From Candidatus Omnitrophota bacterium (GTDB taxonomy: Bacteria; Omnitrophota; Gorgyraeia; JAHJTE01): a DNA stretch of 64,000 nt. The stretch is not shown here. The text below holds more notes on this DNA, generated by a model. That model had not been told where the DNA came from. It did not search any database and saw only the letters and a list, made by a program, of their open reading frames with translations. How positions within the stretch are numbered: the stretch's first letter is position 1. The stretch is from NCBI GenBank assembly GCA_020058285.1, contig JAGVEL010000017.1:2027-66026 (forward strand). Reading direction: 5' to 3'.

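Overview
This AT-rich (about 37-40% GC) bacterial chromosomal window has nearly every gene on the minus strand and divides into three parts. (1) Positions 1-19000 hold a conserved housekeeping block in Firmicutes-like order: pth, ctc/rplY, prs, glmU, tRNA-Gln, spoVG, ispE, split transketolase, hisG, mnmG, apgM and nrdJ. It is interrupted by a four-helix-bundle '23S-IVS protein' cassette and by a BrnT/BrnA toxin-antitoxin cassette. The toxin-antitoxin cassette is bracketed by 64-bp direct repeats that re-code the 3' end of the neighbouring 4Fe-4S gene, an attL/attR-like signature. (2) Positions 18000-35200 hold a beta-glucoside/cellodextrin-type utilisation locus: LacI and ROK regulators, a tandem-domain binding protein, a secreted clan GH-A hydrolase, a GPH-family MFS symporter, ABC permeases plus a lipoprotein solute-binding protein, and a GH94 phosphorylase. 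Three PilZ-domain genes follow it, one of them a PilZ-ROK fusion. (3) Positions 35239 to beyond 64000 are a single uninterrupted minus-strand ORF of more than 28.7 kb (over 9,580 codons, 5' end outside the window). It encodes a membrane-anchored mosaic of enzymatic modules: two SAM methyltransferases, two HAD phosphatases (one FkbH-like with a GNAT domain), a P-loop NMP-kinase-like domain, a Tpt1/KptA RNA 2'-phosphotransferase, two ParB/Srx-like DGxHR domains, and a chymotrypsin-like GDSGAP serine protease. The modules are joined by about 20 recurrent SSSP(I/V) linkers. The modules also include internal direct repeats. Giant genes of this size are characteristic of Omnitrophota-like lineages; that assignment is inference only. 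Other signals are noted in the findings. One is a covarying structured intergenic repeat family found 3' of three genes. Another is a set of degenerate heptanucleotide (GTCCAYR) tandem arrays embedded in-frame in two genes. Others are a GC-rich non-coding island between divergent promoters, two tandem Cys-rich secreted paralogs, a SpoVG with a zinc-ribbon insertion, and a 33-bp tandem repeat that encodes an Arg/Glu tail on the MFS transporter. No CRISPR array, rRNA, transposase or integrase was seen.
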